From Luminiphilus sp. (GTDB taxonomy: Bacteria; Pseudomonadota; Gammaproteobacteria; Pseudomonadales; Halieaceae), in contig CAXPKH010000068.1 in assembly GCA_964217615.1 (NCBI GenBank), forward strand, positions 319 through 64,318: a stretch of 64,000 nucleotides of DNA, read 5' to 3'. Positions 27,957 to 37,130 of the stretch are shown here, piece after piece (position 1 is the stretch's first letter; each line of letters begins with the position of its first letter). A program made the translations under genes and the position numbers. A model generated the notes under the pieces. The model ran no database searches. It was not told where the DNA came from and was given only the letters and a program-made list of their open reading frames with translations.

Positions 27957-28937
27957 TCAGCCTAGCAGATGGGCCACAGCATCGCGCTCTTCAGCAAGTT
28001 CTGAGGCGGTAGCATCCATTCTTAAGCGGCTGAATTCGCTAATCTCGAGGTCTTGCACGATCTCCCACTCGCCGTTTTGACACCGACAGGGAAAAGAGTA
28101 AATCAGCCCTAATTCGATTCCATAGGAGCCGTCTGCGATAACACCCATTGACACCCAATCATTTGCAGGGGTGCCGAGCGCCCAGCTTCGCATGTGATCG
28201 ACAGCGGCATTGGCGGCCGACGCCGCTGAGGACGCCCCTCGCGCCGAGATAATGGCAGCGCCACGCTGTTGCACGGTGGGTATGAATGTTGTTTCGTACC
28301 AGTCCATGTCGATCAGCGAGATCGCTGAATCACCTTTCACCAAAGCGTGGTGTAGGTCGGGATACTGCGTCGCTGAGTGATTACCCCAAATGATCATCTG
28401 TTGGATATCGTTAACCGTGGCGCCCGTTTTTTCAGCTAATTGCGTCACGGCGCGGTTGTGATCAAGTCGGGTCATTGCTGTGAATTGGCGCGGATCAATG
28501 TCGGGGGCGTTGCGTTGCGTGATCAGTGCATTGGTATTCGCCGGATTGCCCACAACCAGCACCTTGATGTTTCTGCTGGCAACGGCGTTGATCGCTTTGC
28601 CCTGAACGCCAAAAATGGCGGCATTGGCTTCCAGCAGGTCTTTTCTTTCCATGCCGGGCCCCCGGGGTCTAGCACCTACCAGTAGCGCAAAGTCGCTATC
28701 TCTGAAGGCAACTTCGGGATCATCCGTGCAAATCACACCGGCCAGCAACGGGAACGCACAGTCATCTAATTCCATTTTTACGCCATTGAGGGCTTCCATG
28801 GCGGGCGTGATATCCAGCAATTGCAAAATAACGGGTTGATCTTGGCCTAGCATCGACCCGGACGCGATCCGGAAAAGGAGCGCGTATCCAATTTGCCCTG
28901 CGGCGCCGGTGACGGTGACGCGAACTGGTGGTTTCAT
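27957..28937 (-). CDS. mdh: Malate dehydrogenase
   Basis: [46 protein letters not shown]. Confidence 0.96.
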   Translation of the reverse strand: MKPPVRVTVTGAAGQIGYALLFRIASGSMLGQDQPVILQLLDITPAMEALNGVKMELDDCAFPLLAGVICTDDPEVAFRDSDFALLVGARPRGPGMERKDLLEANAAIFGVQGKAINAVASRNIKVLVVGNPANTNALITQRNAPDIDPRQFTAMTRLDHNRAVTQLAEKTGATVNDIQQMIIWGNHSATQYPDLHHALVKGDSAISLIDMDWYETTFIPTVQQRGAAIISARGASSAASAANAAVDHMRSWALGTPANDWVSMGVIADGSYGIELGLIYSFPCRCQNGEWEIVQDLEISEFSRLRMDATASELAEERDAVAHLLG

Positions 28938-29083
28938 CAGCTATCCCCCATGTTTGATTTGATGACAGATCACAGCGAAGCGGGATTGTCCGCGTGAGGA
29001 CTGTAAAACACAAGTGGAGAGAGCGGCGTGTTTGGGTGGGTCCAGCAAGCAACGGAATTCCGCGTCTTAAGCTTGGGCGGCTT

Positions 29084-29112
29084 TTGCGTGTGGACGCTGT
29101 GTCTCCTATTAT
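29084..29112 (+). promoter_or_regulatory. sigma70-type promoter for ttcA(-ccm)
   Basis: TTGCGT-N17-TATTAT. Confidence 0.5.
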
Positions 29113-29148
29113 CGCGGGCAGCGACGCAGAGCGGAGTAAAGGGCGGCG

Positions 29149-30018
29149 ATGCTAGAGGCCAGTGAAGCTAAATCGAGTCGGATGGATCCCCGGAAAGGCC
29201 GGCTCGAATTCAACAAATTGAGAAAGCGCCTGCGGCGGCAGGTCGGGAAAGCGATCGCTGACTTTGGATTGATTGAGTCGGGGGATCGCGTGATGGTCTG
29301 TATTTCGGGAGGCAAGGATTCGCACGCCATGCTCGAGATCCTCATGGCGCTGCGCGACAGCGCGCCGATTGATTTTGAGATTGTGGCCGTCACCCTCGAT
29401 CAGAAGCAGCCAGAATATCCGGAGGAGGTGCTACCGCGGTATCTGGAAACGTTGAATATCCCTTTCTATATTCTCGAGCGAGATACCTACAGCGTGGTGC
29501 GATCGGTGATCCCTGAGGGCAAGACCACCTGCGGGCTGTGTTCACGACTGCGACGCGGGACGCTCTACGGGTTCGCTGATCAGATCGGCGCCAGCAAGAT
29601 CGCGCTGGGGCATCATCGCGATGACATTGTCGAAACCCTGTTTCTAAATCTCTTTTTTGGCGGCAAGCTCAAGGCCATGCCGGCCAAACTGAAAAGTGAT
29701 GATGGCAGACACGTAGTGATCCGCCCCCTCGCTTACTGCAAGGAGTCTGATCTGGCTCGCTATGCCGCCGACATGCAGTTCCCCATTATCCCCTGTAATT
29801 TGTGTGGCACGCAGGAGAATCTGCAGCGTCAGGAGATCAAGAAAATGCTTCAAGGTTGGGAGCGCAGCTACCCCGGTCGCACAGAGACAATATTCCGCGC
29901 GTTGGGGAATGTGGCTCCCTCCCATTTGATGGATCGAACGCTGTTTGACTTCGAAGGCCTGACGGTGGAGGTCGATCCCAGCTTGGGTTTGCCCGATATC
30001 CGCGTTGTGAACCTGTAG
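29149..30018 (+). CDS. ttcA: tRNA 2-thiocytidine(32) synthetase
   Basis: SGGKDS PP-loop, [23 protein letters not shown]. Confidence 0.95.
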   Translation: MLEASEAKSSRMDPRKGRLEFNKLRKRLRRQVGKAIADFGLIESGDRVMVCISGGKDSHAMLEILMALRDSAPIDFEIVAVTLDQKQPEYPEEVLPRYLETLNIPFYILERDTYSVVRSVIPEGKTTCGLCSRLRRGTLYGFADQIGASKIALGHHRDDIVETLFLNLFFGGKLKAMPAKLKSDDGRHVVIRPLAYCKESDLARYAADMQFPIIPCNLCGTQENLQRQEIKKMLQGWERSYPGRTETIFRALGNVAPSHLMDRTLFDFEGLTVEVDPSLGLPDIRVVNL

Positions 30019-30614
30019 TGAGTCTACTGATCGCAACGGACGTCGCTATTGAGCGCGGAGACCGTCCGTTACTGCGCAATATCTCCCTGCAAATCGAAGC
30101 GGGTGAGCTATGGCAGTTGATCGGTCCGAACGGCGTCGGTAAGAGTAGTCTGATGCGCGCGCTGGCTGGTTTGGCACGTCTGGGGGTGGAGGGTGATATT
30201 CGGCGCAACGCGGCTTCGCTATACGTGGGTCATAGCTCTGCGCTAAAGCGCGCCTTAACGCCTGTCGATAACCTGCGATGTCACCCTGCTTGTGATGTGA
30301 CTGTTGAGTATGAGCAAATTTCCGCCGCGCTGAGATCTGTTAGTCTCGCGGGGTATGAGTCTGTGCCGGTTGGCAGTTTGTCCGCGGGCCAACAGCGCCG
30401 GGTAGCATTAGCGAGACTGCCTCTCAGCCGAGCAGATTTGTGGTTTCTGGATGAGCCGTTTACGGCGCTTGATGCGGCGGGCTGCGACTGGTTAGAGCGT
30501 CAAATTGCCGAACAGCTGGCAAAGGGCGGGGCGGTATTGTTTACCAGCCATCAGCAGAGCCAGTTTGGCGCACAGCAGCAAAATCTTGATCTCGCTCAAT
30601 ATGCCACGCGCTGA
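30018..30614 (+). CDS. ccmA: Heme ABC exporter ATP-binding protein
   Basis: GPNGVGKS, LSAGQQRRVALARL, LDEPFTALD; first gene of the ccm run. Confidence 0.9.
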   Translation: MSLLIATDVAIERGDRPLLRNISLQIEAGELWQLIGPNGVGKSSLMRALAGLARLGVEGDIRRNAASLYVGHSSALKRALTPVDNLRCHPACDVTVEYEQISAALRSVSLAGYESVPVGSLSAGQQRRVALARLPLSRADLWFLDEPFTALDAAGCDWLERQIAEQLAKGGAVLFTSHQQSQFGAQQQNLDLAQYATR

Positions 30615-31305
30615 CCTCGACACATTGCCTCTGGGCGCCGCGTTCTACCGCCAGTTCTTGCGACACGGCAAAACATTGATGGCGAGTCCGGCGGATCTGT
30701 TGAACCCACTACTGTTTTTTTTCATGGTTATCACGTTGTTTCCGTTGGGCCTCGGGCCCGATCCCCAGCGCCTCTCTCAAATGGCGCCGGGTATTCTGTG
30801 GGTGGTGGCGTTGCTCGCCAGCCTGATGGTGAGCGGAAAGCTGTTCGCCTCGGATTTTGAGGACGGGAGTTTGGAGCAACTCTGCTTGGCACCCCATCCG
30901 CTCGCGATTTTGGCGCTGGCAGAAGTGCTGGCGCATTGGCTCGGTACGGGGTTGCTGCTATCGCTGGTTTCACCCGTGTTTGCAGTGCTCCTGGGTTTGC
31001 CGGCACAGGCGCTGCCAGTGTTGGTCTTCAGTCTCTTGCTGGGTACCTTATGTCTGACGCTCATCGGAGCGGTGGGCAGCGCGCTCACGGTGAGTATTCG
31101 ACGTGGTGGCTTACTGTTGTCGTTGATTATTATCCCTCTCCATGTTCCGGTTCTGATATTTGGCTCAACGGCGGTGATCGAGGCGACTCTCGGCGGCAAT
31201 CCAGAGAGCTGGTTGGCATTACTCGGGGCTCTGGTATTGGTCTCGGTTGCGTTGGGGCCTTTGGCGATTGGCGCCGCTTTGCGCATCTCTTTGGACAATG
31301 GCTGA
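30601..31305 (+). CDS. ccmB: Heme exporter protein B
   Basis: LFPLGLGP, PGILWV, DFEDGSLEQL, PL.VPVLIFG. ATG at 30601. Confidence 0.92.
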   Translation: MPRADLDTLPLGAAFYRQFLRHGKTLMASPADLLNPLLFFFMVITLFPLGLGPDPQRLSQMAPGILWVVALLASLMVSGKLFASDFEDGSLEQLCLAPHPLAILALAEVLAHWLGTGLLLSLVSPVFAVLLGLPAQALPVLVFSLLLGTLCLTLIGAVGSALTVSIRRGGLLLSLIIIPLHVPVLIFGSTAVIEATLGGNPESWLALLGALVLVSVALGPLAIGAALRISLDNG

Positions 31306-31385
31306 CAAGGAGCAACGCATGTATCCAGCGCGATCTCGGAAGCGTCAACCGGTCAGTCTGTCCGGTTAGGCGCTATACTGCGCGC

Positions 31386-32123
31386 ATGTGGTCGTTTATT
31401 CATAAGTTGGGTTCGCCCCCGTGGTTTTTCCGCTTCAGCGGGAACTTGGTGGCATGGTTGCTTCCGCTCACCGTCGCGCTGCTATTCGCAGGGGCCTTAT
31501 GGGGGTTGTTGTTCGCGCCACCTGATTTTAAGCAGGGTAATTCCTACCGCATTATCTACATCCACGTGCCAGCGGCGGTGGTGGCGCTCGCCGGTTATTA
31601 CGTGATGGCGCTGGCGGGCGCGATAAGCTTGATTTGGCGGATCAAGATGGCCGACATTGCCATGAAAGCAGTCGCTCCTGTTGGCGCGGCGCTGACCGGC
31701 ATCGCTTTGGTGACAGGAGCCATTTGGGGGAAACCGACATGGGGCACCTGGTGGGTTTGGGATGCACGGATTACCTCAATGCTGATTCTGTTCTTCCTGT
31801 ATCTGGGCGTGGTGGCGCTGTTCGAGGCCTACGAAAATAAGGCAGCCGCGGCTAAGGCTTGCGCGGTATTAAGCTTGGTGGGCACGGTCAACATTCCGAT
31901 CATCTACAAGTCAGTCGATTGGTGGTACTCCCTGCATCAACCCGCATCCATTAAATTCACTGGCGAGTCGTCAATTGACGCGAGCATGCTCTACCCATTG
32001 CTGGCCATGATTACCGCTTTTTATGGTTTGTTCGCGTTAGCGGTCCTGATGAATATGCGCGCCGAGTTGATTTGGCATCATCGGCAGTCATCTTGGGTAA
32101 GGCAGTGGGCGGGGACTGAGTGA
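31386..32123 (+). CDS. ccmC: Heme exporter protein C
   Basis: YIHVPAA and the WWD domain WGKPTWGTWWVWDAR; WWYSLHQ. ATG at 31386. Confidence 0.95.
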   Translation: MWSFIHKLGSPPWFFRFSGNLVAWLLPLTVALLFAGALWGLLFAPPDFKQGNSYRIIYIHVPAAVVALAGYYVMALAGAISLIWRIKMADIAMKAVAPVGAALTGIALVTGAIWGKPTWGTWWVWDARITSMLILFFLYLGVVALFEAYENKAAAAKACAVLSLVGTVNIPIIYKSVDWWYSLHQPASIKFTGESSIDASMLYPLLAMITAFYGLFALAVLMNMRAELIWHHRQSSWVRQWAGTE

Positions 32124-32371
32124 TGTACTTTGAATCAGTGGCCGAGGCCATTTACATGGACGGTCATGGTGTTTACGTATGGGTCGCCTATGCCATCGCG
32201 ACGGCTCTGCTATTGTGGTTGGTGTGGGCCCCATCCCGACAGTTGCGGCAACGTAAAGCCTGGATCATCGCAGATGGGCAGCGACGCGCTAGCGTGGACG
32301 CTGTGGCCTCTGCGCATCAGGATGATGATGTTGTGTCGGTCAACCCTGATCAGATGGAGACGCATCGCTGA
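32120..32371 (+). CDS. ccmD: Heme exporter protein D
   Basis: MDGHGVYVWVAY single TM helix, located between ccmC and ccmE. Confidence 0.85.
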   Translation: MMYFESVAEAIYMDGHGVYVWVAYAIATALLLWLVWAPSRQLRQRKAWIIADGQRRASVDAVASAHQDDDVVSVNPDQMETHR

Positions 32372-32823
32372 TGCACCCCTTACGCAAGCAACGATTGTAT
32401 TGGGTGAGCTTGATTGTCCTGCTCTCCAGTGCGGCGATCGGGCTGGTAGCTTTTGCGCTCAGAGATAACATCAATTTGTTCTACCCCCCCTCTGAGGTCG
32501 TGGCTGGAAAAGCCCCTTCTGACAGAAATATTCGATTGGGCGGCATGGTGGTTGAGGGGAGTATCGAGCGCAGTGAAACGAGTCTGGCGACCCAGTTTTT
32601 GGTCACCGACTACGATGCCTCCGTGGCGGTTCGATATACCGGCATCCTCCCCGATCTTTTTGCCGAGGGGCAAGGCGTGGTCGCTGAGGGTCGACTCGAT
32701 GAATCTGGCGTTCTGATTGCCACTCAGGTTCTGGCAAAGCACGATGAGAATTACATGCCGCCTGAGGTTGCCGCAGCGCTGGAAGGAAAGAGTGGCCCCT
32801 CGGCCGCTACGTTACGACCGTGA
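32371..32823 (+). CDS. ccmE: Heme chaperone CcmE
   Basis: LPDLFAEGQG, LAKHDENY. Confidence 0.95.
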   Translation: MHPLRKQRLYWVSLIVLLSSAAIGLVAFALRDNINLFYPPSEVVAGKAPSDRNIRLGGMVVEGSIERSETSLATQFLVTDYDASVAVRYTGILPDLFAEGQGVVAEGRLDESGVLIATQVLAKHDENYMPPEVAAALEGKSGPSAATLRP

Positions 32824-34805
32824 TCCCCGAGCTTGGGCATATGTCGCTGATTATCGCCTTCGCGCTGGCGATTGGTCTGACGGTGATTCCCCTCTGGGGT
32901 AGCCTCAGATCCAATTCTGCAGCGATGAATCTCGCGCCCTCCTTAGCGGTGGGCACTTTGGTCTTCATCGCAACGGCCTTTGGGTTACTGGCCACCAGTT
33001 TTTTGCAAGATGATTTTTCGGTCGCAGTTGTGGCGGCAAATTCAAACAGCCTTTTACCCCCAATCTTTAAATTCTCTGCGCTATGGGGCAATCACGAGGG
33101 TTCGTTGTTGCTGTGGGTGCTGATTTTGTCGGGCTGGATGACCGCTGTGGCTTTCTTGAGCCGGGGTTTACCATTGGTGATGATCGCCCGCGTTTTGAGC
33201 GTGATGGGTCTCATTGCGGTGGGTTTTCTCGCCTTCTCTTTACTGACATCGAATCCGTTTGAGCGGTTGCTACCCAATACGCCGTTAGATGGTGGTGACC
33301 TCAACCCTTTGTTGCAGGACCCTGGTCTGATCATCCATCCGCCGCTCCTTTACATGGGTTACGTTGGGTTGTCCGTTCCTTTTGCTTTCGCCATTGCAGC
33401 GCTGCTCGGAGGTAGGCTGGACGCCTCTTGGGCGCGGTGGTCGAGGCCATGGACCAATGTGGCTTGGGGATTTCTCACATTGGGAATCATGCTGGGTAGT
33501 TGGTGGGCCTACTACGAGTTGGGGTGGGGGGGCTGGTGGTTTTGGGACCCCGTGGAGAACGCCTCATTTATGCCTTGGTTGATGGGGACTGCGCTGGTGC
33601 ACAGTTTGGCGGTGACCGAGAAGCGTGGCGTTTTTCGGTCATGGACAGTGCTCCTTGCGATCTTTGCCTTTTCGCTCTCGCTATTGGGCACCTTTCTGGT
33701 GCGATCGGGCGTGCTGACAAGTGTGCATGCATTTGCCGCCGACCCCGAGCGAGGTCTCTTTATCCTCGTTTTTCTGGCGTTTGTGGTGGGTGGTTCTCTC
33801 CTGCTCTATGCCTTGAGGGCGCCGGCAGTGGCCAGCCGCGTGGAATACGCGGTGATTTCGCGAGAGTCACTGCTCATGGTGAATAACTTAATCTTCACCG
33901 TTGCGGCAGCGATTGTTTTATTGGGAACGCTTTTTCCCCTCGTAATGGATGCCTTTTCTTTGGGTAAGTATTCGGTCGGGCCACCTTACTTCAATGCGGT
34001 GTTTGTGCCGCTGATGGCTTTATTGATGCCCTTTATGACCGTCGGACCGATTTCTCGATGGCGACAGGATTCTGCTCGGCGTTGGCTCCATGAGCTACTG
34101 GTTCCGGCGATAGCGCTGGCGTTACTCGCACCCCTCTTGTCCGTGATGCTGTTCGATTTCAATCTGTGGGTTGCGCTCGCGGTGCTGCTCGCAGGTTGGG
34201 TGGCATTGGGTGTGCTGAGGGATGTCTGGCTGCGTCTGCGGGCGGGGGCCTCGGGAGCATGGCAATGGCGGAGGCTCACGCCCAGCTTTCTGGGTATGAC
34301 GCTAGCCCATTTGGGCTTTGCTGCCGTGGTACTGGGGGCGGTCGTTGTCACGCAACACTCAGAGGAGCGAGATCTGAGGATGGCTGAAGGCGAAAGCGCT
34401 GAGCTTGGCGGCTATCGCTTTGAGATGACGCGCATCAGCCAGCAACCCGGACCCAATTACGTCGCGGATGGAGCGACGTTCGTGGTCTCGTTGGGTGATA
34501 GGGTAATCGCTACGCTCACCCCCGAAAAGCGGCGTTATCTGGCCAGCGGGCAGATCATGACTGAGGCGGCTATAGACGCTGGCTTCTTTCGCGATCTCTA
34601 TATTGCCTTGGGTGAGCCCATAGGCGAGCGCGCGTGGGCAGTTCGCCTCCAGTACAAGCCCATGGTTCGCTGGCTCTGGATCGGCGCGTTCTTCATAGGC
34701 ATCGGAGCGTTGATCACCGCTCTGGATCGCCGTTATCGCGCACAGGTGGCCACCCGAGCGGTGTCTGATCCAGCGCAAGAGCAAGGTCTGGGGTTTGCAC
34801 GCTAG
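32820..34805 (+). CDS. ccmF: Heme lyase CcmF
   Basis: WGNHEGS, HPPLLY.GY, WAYYELGWGGWWFWDPVEN, SVHAF. Confidence 0.96.
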   Translation: MIPELGHMSLIIAFALAIGLTVIPLWGSLRSNSAAMNLAPSLAVGTLVFIATAFGLLATSFLQDDFSVAVVAANSNSLLPPIFKFSALWGNHEGSLLLWVLILSGWMTAVAFLSRGLPLVMIARVLSVMGLIAVGFLAFSLLTSNPFERLLPNTPLDGGDLNPLLQDPGLIIHPPLLYMGYVGLSVPFAFAIAALLGGRLDASWARWSRPWTNVAWGFLTLGIMLGSWWAYYELGWGGWWFWDPVENASFMPWLMGTALVHSLAVTEKRGVFRSWTVLLAIFAFSLSLLGTFLVRSGVLTSVHAFAADPERGLFILVFLAFVVGGSLLLYALRAPAVASRVEYAVISRESLLMVNNLIFTVAAAIVLLGTLFPLVMDAFSLGKYSVGPPYFNAVFVPLMALLMPFMTVGPISRWRQDSARRWLHELLVPAIALALLAPLLSVMLFDFNLWVALAVLLAGWVALGVLRDVWLRLRAGASGAWQWRRLTPSFLGMTLAHLGFAAVVLGAVVVTQHSEERDLRMAEGESAELGGYRFEMTRISQQPGPNYVADGATFVVSLGDRVIATLTPEKRRYLASGQIMTEAAIDAGFFRDLYIALGEPIGERAWAVRLQYKPMVRWLWIGAFFIGIGALITALDRRYRAQVATRAVSDPAQEQGLGFAR

Positions 34806-35355
34806 GCGCTTCATCCCGCTAGTGGGTTTCGCGTTGCTCGCGTTGCTCCTCTTTCGTGGATTGTCGATAGATCCCACGGCGTTGCCGGCTGCGAGACTCG
34901 GCGAACCCTTTCCCACCTTTGCGAAGATAGACTTGCAGTCGGGTGACCCTCTGGGGGTAGCGGATCTGGAGCAACGGCCTGCGCTGGTCAATGTCTGGGC
35001 CACCTGGTGTTATTCCTGCCGCATAGAACATCCTTACTTGCTTGAGCTGGCGGACGCGGGCGTGCCGATTTATGGCCTCAATTATAAAGATGACGCCGAC
35101 AAGGCTCGCGTCTGGTTGGCGCAATTAGGTGATCCTTACCAGCTCAATATTGTCGATACCGAGGGTACGCTTGGGTTAGATCTGGGGGTGTACGGTGCCC
35201 CGGAGACCTACGTGATAGATCGTGACGGCAGGATTGCTCACCGGCATGTGGGTATTCTCAGCGAGGGTGTTTTTCTCGCCGATTTTGGACCTTGGTTTCC
35301 CACCGTGCAGGGTTCGCAGGCGTCCCCGGCACCAAACGGCGCGGACACAAAGTGA
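34795..35355 (+). CDS. ccmG: Thiol:disulfide interchange protein CcmG/DsbE
   Basis: NVWATWCYSCRIEHP, LGVYGAPET. Confidence 0.92.
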   Translation: MHARRFIPLVGFALLALLLFRGLSIDPTALPAARLGEPFPTFAKIDLQSGDPLGVADLEQRPALVNVWATWCYSCRIEHPYLLELADAGVPIYGLNYKDDADKARVWLAQLGDPYQLNIVDTEGTLGLDLGVYGAPETYVIDRDGRIAHRHVGILSEGVFLADFGPWFPTVQGSQASPAPNGADTK

Positions 35356-35846
35356 TGGGTAGTGGATCTCAGCGGTGCTTGCGGAGCGGTAGGCTACTGG
35401 CACTGCTACTGTGCCTGTGCGTTTTAACGCCCGGAGTGCAAGCGGTAATTGAAACCTATGAATTTTCGTCGCCCGATTTGGAGCAGCGCTACCACATGCT
35501 GAGTCAGGAACTCAGGTGCCCAAAGTGCCAGAATCAGAATATTGCTGATTCCAATGCGCCGATAGCGCGGGATCTGCGAGTTGTGCTGGTTGAGCAACTG
35601 GAGGCTGGGCAGAGTGATGAGCAGATTTTGGCGTTCATGGTGGCGCGTTACGGAGAGTTCGTGCGTTATCGTCCAACGGTCGATCGCAATACGGCATTGC
35701 TGTGGTGGGCGCCTGGCTTGCTGATGGGCGCCGGGTTGTTGGCGCTGGCACTCCATTTCGTGGGACGTCGCCGCGGGGGCGCCCCCGAATTAACGTCAAC
35801 CGAGGCGGCACAGCTTAAAAAGTTAATCGAAGACAGCGCTTCATAA
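35355..35846 (+). CDS. ccmH: Cytochrome c biogenesis protein CcmH
   Basis: LRCPKCQNQNIADSNA, RYGEFVRY. Start approximate (35352 or 35355). Confidence 0.92.
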   Translation: MGSGSQRCLRSGRLLALLLCLCVLTPGVQAVIETYEFSSPDLEQRYHMLSQELRCPKCQNQNIADSNAPIARDLRVVLVEQLEAGQSDEQILAFMVARYGEFVRYRPTVDRNTALLWWAPGLLMGAGLLALALHFVGRRRGGAPELTSTEAAQLKKLIEDSAS

Positions 35847-37012
35847 TGTTGTATTTCCTATTATTTTCGGCGCTGCTTTTTGCGGTATCCGCGCTGTTCC
35901 TGATTGCGCTACCTCGGCGGTGGCAGCGATCGGTTGTGTCGGAAAGCAATGCTGACTGGTTGCGTCTCAGGCAACGGGAATTAGCGGAGAGCGCTCCCGA
36001 GTTGCGTGAGGAGGCGGCGCTCAGAATTATCGATGATGGATCAGCGCCCGATACGGTTCAGGACGGATTGCGGCCGCATTACGTCATGAAATATCAGCTG
36101 CTGGGACTTGTGGCGCTCTTTGCTTTGATTGCCAGCTTGTATTTTAAGTTGGGGAGTTTTGAGGATGTCGGGATTGCCGAGGCGCTTGAGACCCTCGACG
36201 GTGCTAGCCCCGATGAAATATCGGCGCTGATCCAACGGATTCAGCGACGAGCGGCGCAGCGGCCGGACAATACCGATTACTCTCTGCTATTGGCCGAATA
36301 TCATTTGTCTGTGAATGAGCCCCTCGCGTCGTTGCCGTATTTTGACAGGCTCATCGACGCCGGCGCCACGTCGCCAGATATTCTGGGGAAGGCTGCGCAG
36401 GCCGAGTTTTTGTCAGCGGATCGGCAGCTGAGCGCTCGTGCTCGGTCCCGCGCTGAGCAGGCATTGGCCCTAGACCCCATGGCTGCTGCCGCGCTCGCTA
36501 CGCTGGGCATGGCGGCTTTTGAGGAAGCGGATTTTGCTGCGGCGATTCGGTACTGGGAGGCGCTACGAAGCTTGGAGTCCGAGGGCTCGCCCGGGTATCA
36601 GATGCTGACGCAGGTGATCGAGCGGGCGCGAACCGAGATGGGTAACCCCGAGCCCGTGGCTGAGGTGTCGCCTGGGCTTCTTATCAGCGTATCAGTGGCT
36701 GACGCTTTAAAGGTAGACGCCGCGCCAACGGTCTTCGTTTTTGCCCGCCCGGAGCAGCAGCAGGGCGGTATGCCCATCGCCGTGGTGAGACGTGTGGTGA
36801 CCGAGTGGCCGTTGCTTGTGTCGTTGGACGACCGGAACTCCATGGCGGGCCAGAAGCTCTCCAGCTTCAATGCCGTGGCGGTGGAGGTGCAGCTTTCGGC
36901 AAACGGGCAACCGGGCAGAGATAACAGCCTAGCCTGGAGCGTTGTCGATGGTGTGCCGGTAGGCGCCTCTGACCCGGTAGTTATGGTCTTGAAACTCGGC
37001 GATATCCCCTAA
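35846..37012 (+). CDS. ccmI: Cytochrome c biogenesis protein CcmI (TPR)
   Basis: Two N-terminal TMs, TPR-like repeats (ALATLGMAAFE...AIRYWE), C-terminal VFVFAR...MP.AV...DD.NSM domain. Confidence 0.85.
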   Translation: MLYFLLFSALLFAVSALFLIALPRRWQRSVVSESNADWLRLRQRELAESAPELREEAALRIIDDGSAPDTVQDGLRPHYVMKYQLLGLVALFALIASLYFKLGSFEDVGIAEALETLDGASPDEISALIQRIQRRAAQRPDNTDYSLLLAEYHLSVNEPLASLPYFDRLIDAGATSPDILGKAAQAEFLSADRQLSARARSRAEQALALDPMAAAALATLGMAAFEEADFAAAIRYWEALRSLESEGSPGYQMLTQVIERARTEMGNPEPVAEVSPGLLISVSVADALKVDAAPTVFVFARPEQQQGGMPIAVVRRVVTEWPLLVSLDDRNSMAGQKLSSFNAVAVEVQLSANGQPGRDNSLAWSVVDGVPVGASDPVVMVLKLGDIP

Positions 37013-37051
37013 ATTCTTATTCAAACATAGTGTTGTTGAGCTGAAGCAGAT

Positions 37052-37067
37052 ACACTACATGTTGTGG
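37052..37067. promoter_or_regulatory. NrdR-box-like palindrome upstream of smc
   Basis: ACACTACATGTTGTGG matches the consensus acaCwAtATaTwGtgt at 13 of 16 positions. Confidence 0.55.
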
Positions 37068-37130
37068 TTTTAGCGTTTTCCGGCGTCGTTGTGCGGTTCC
37101 GGGGGACTGAACGGTTACACGGATACCATC

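Noticed and set aside
30936-31385. Long N-terminal extensions in the ORF track (ccmC here; also GPx, ybbP, ccmB, sdhC, sdhD, gltA, smc)
   Set aside because: The extensions overlap neighbouring genes or promoters, and family homology starts at downstream codons.
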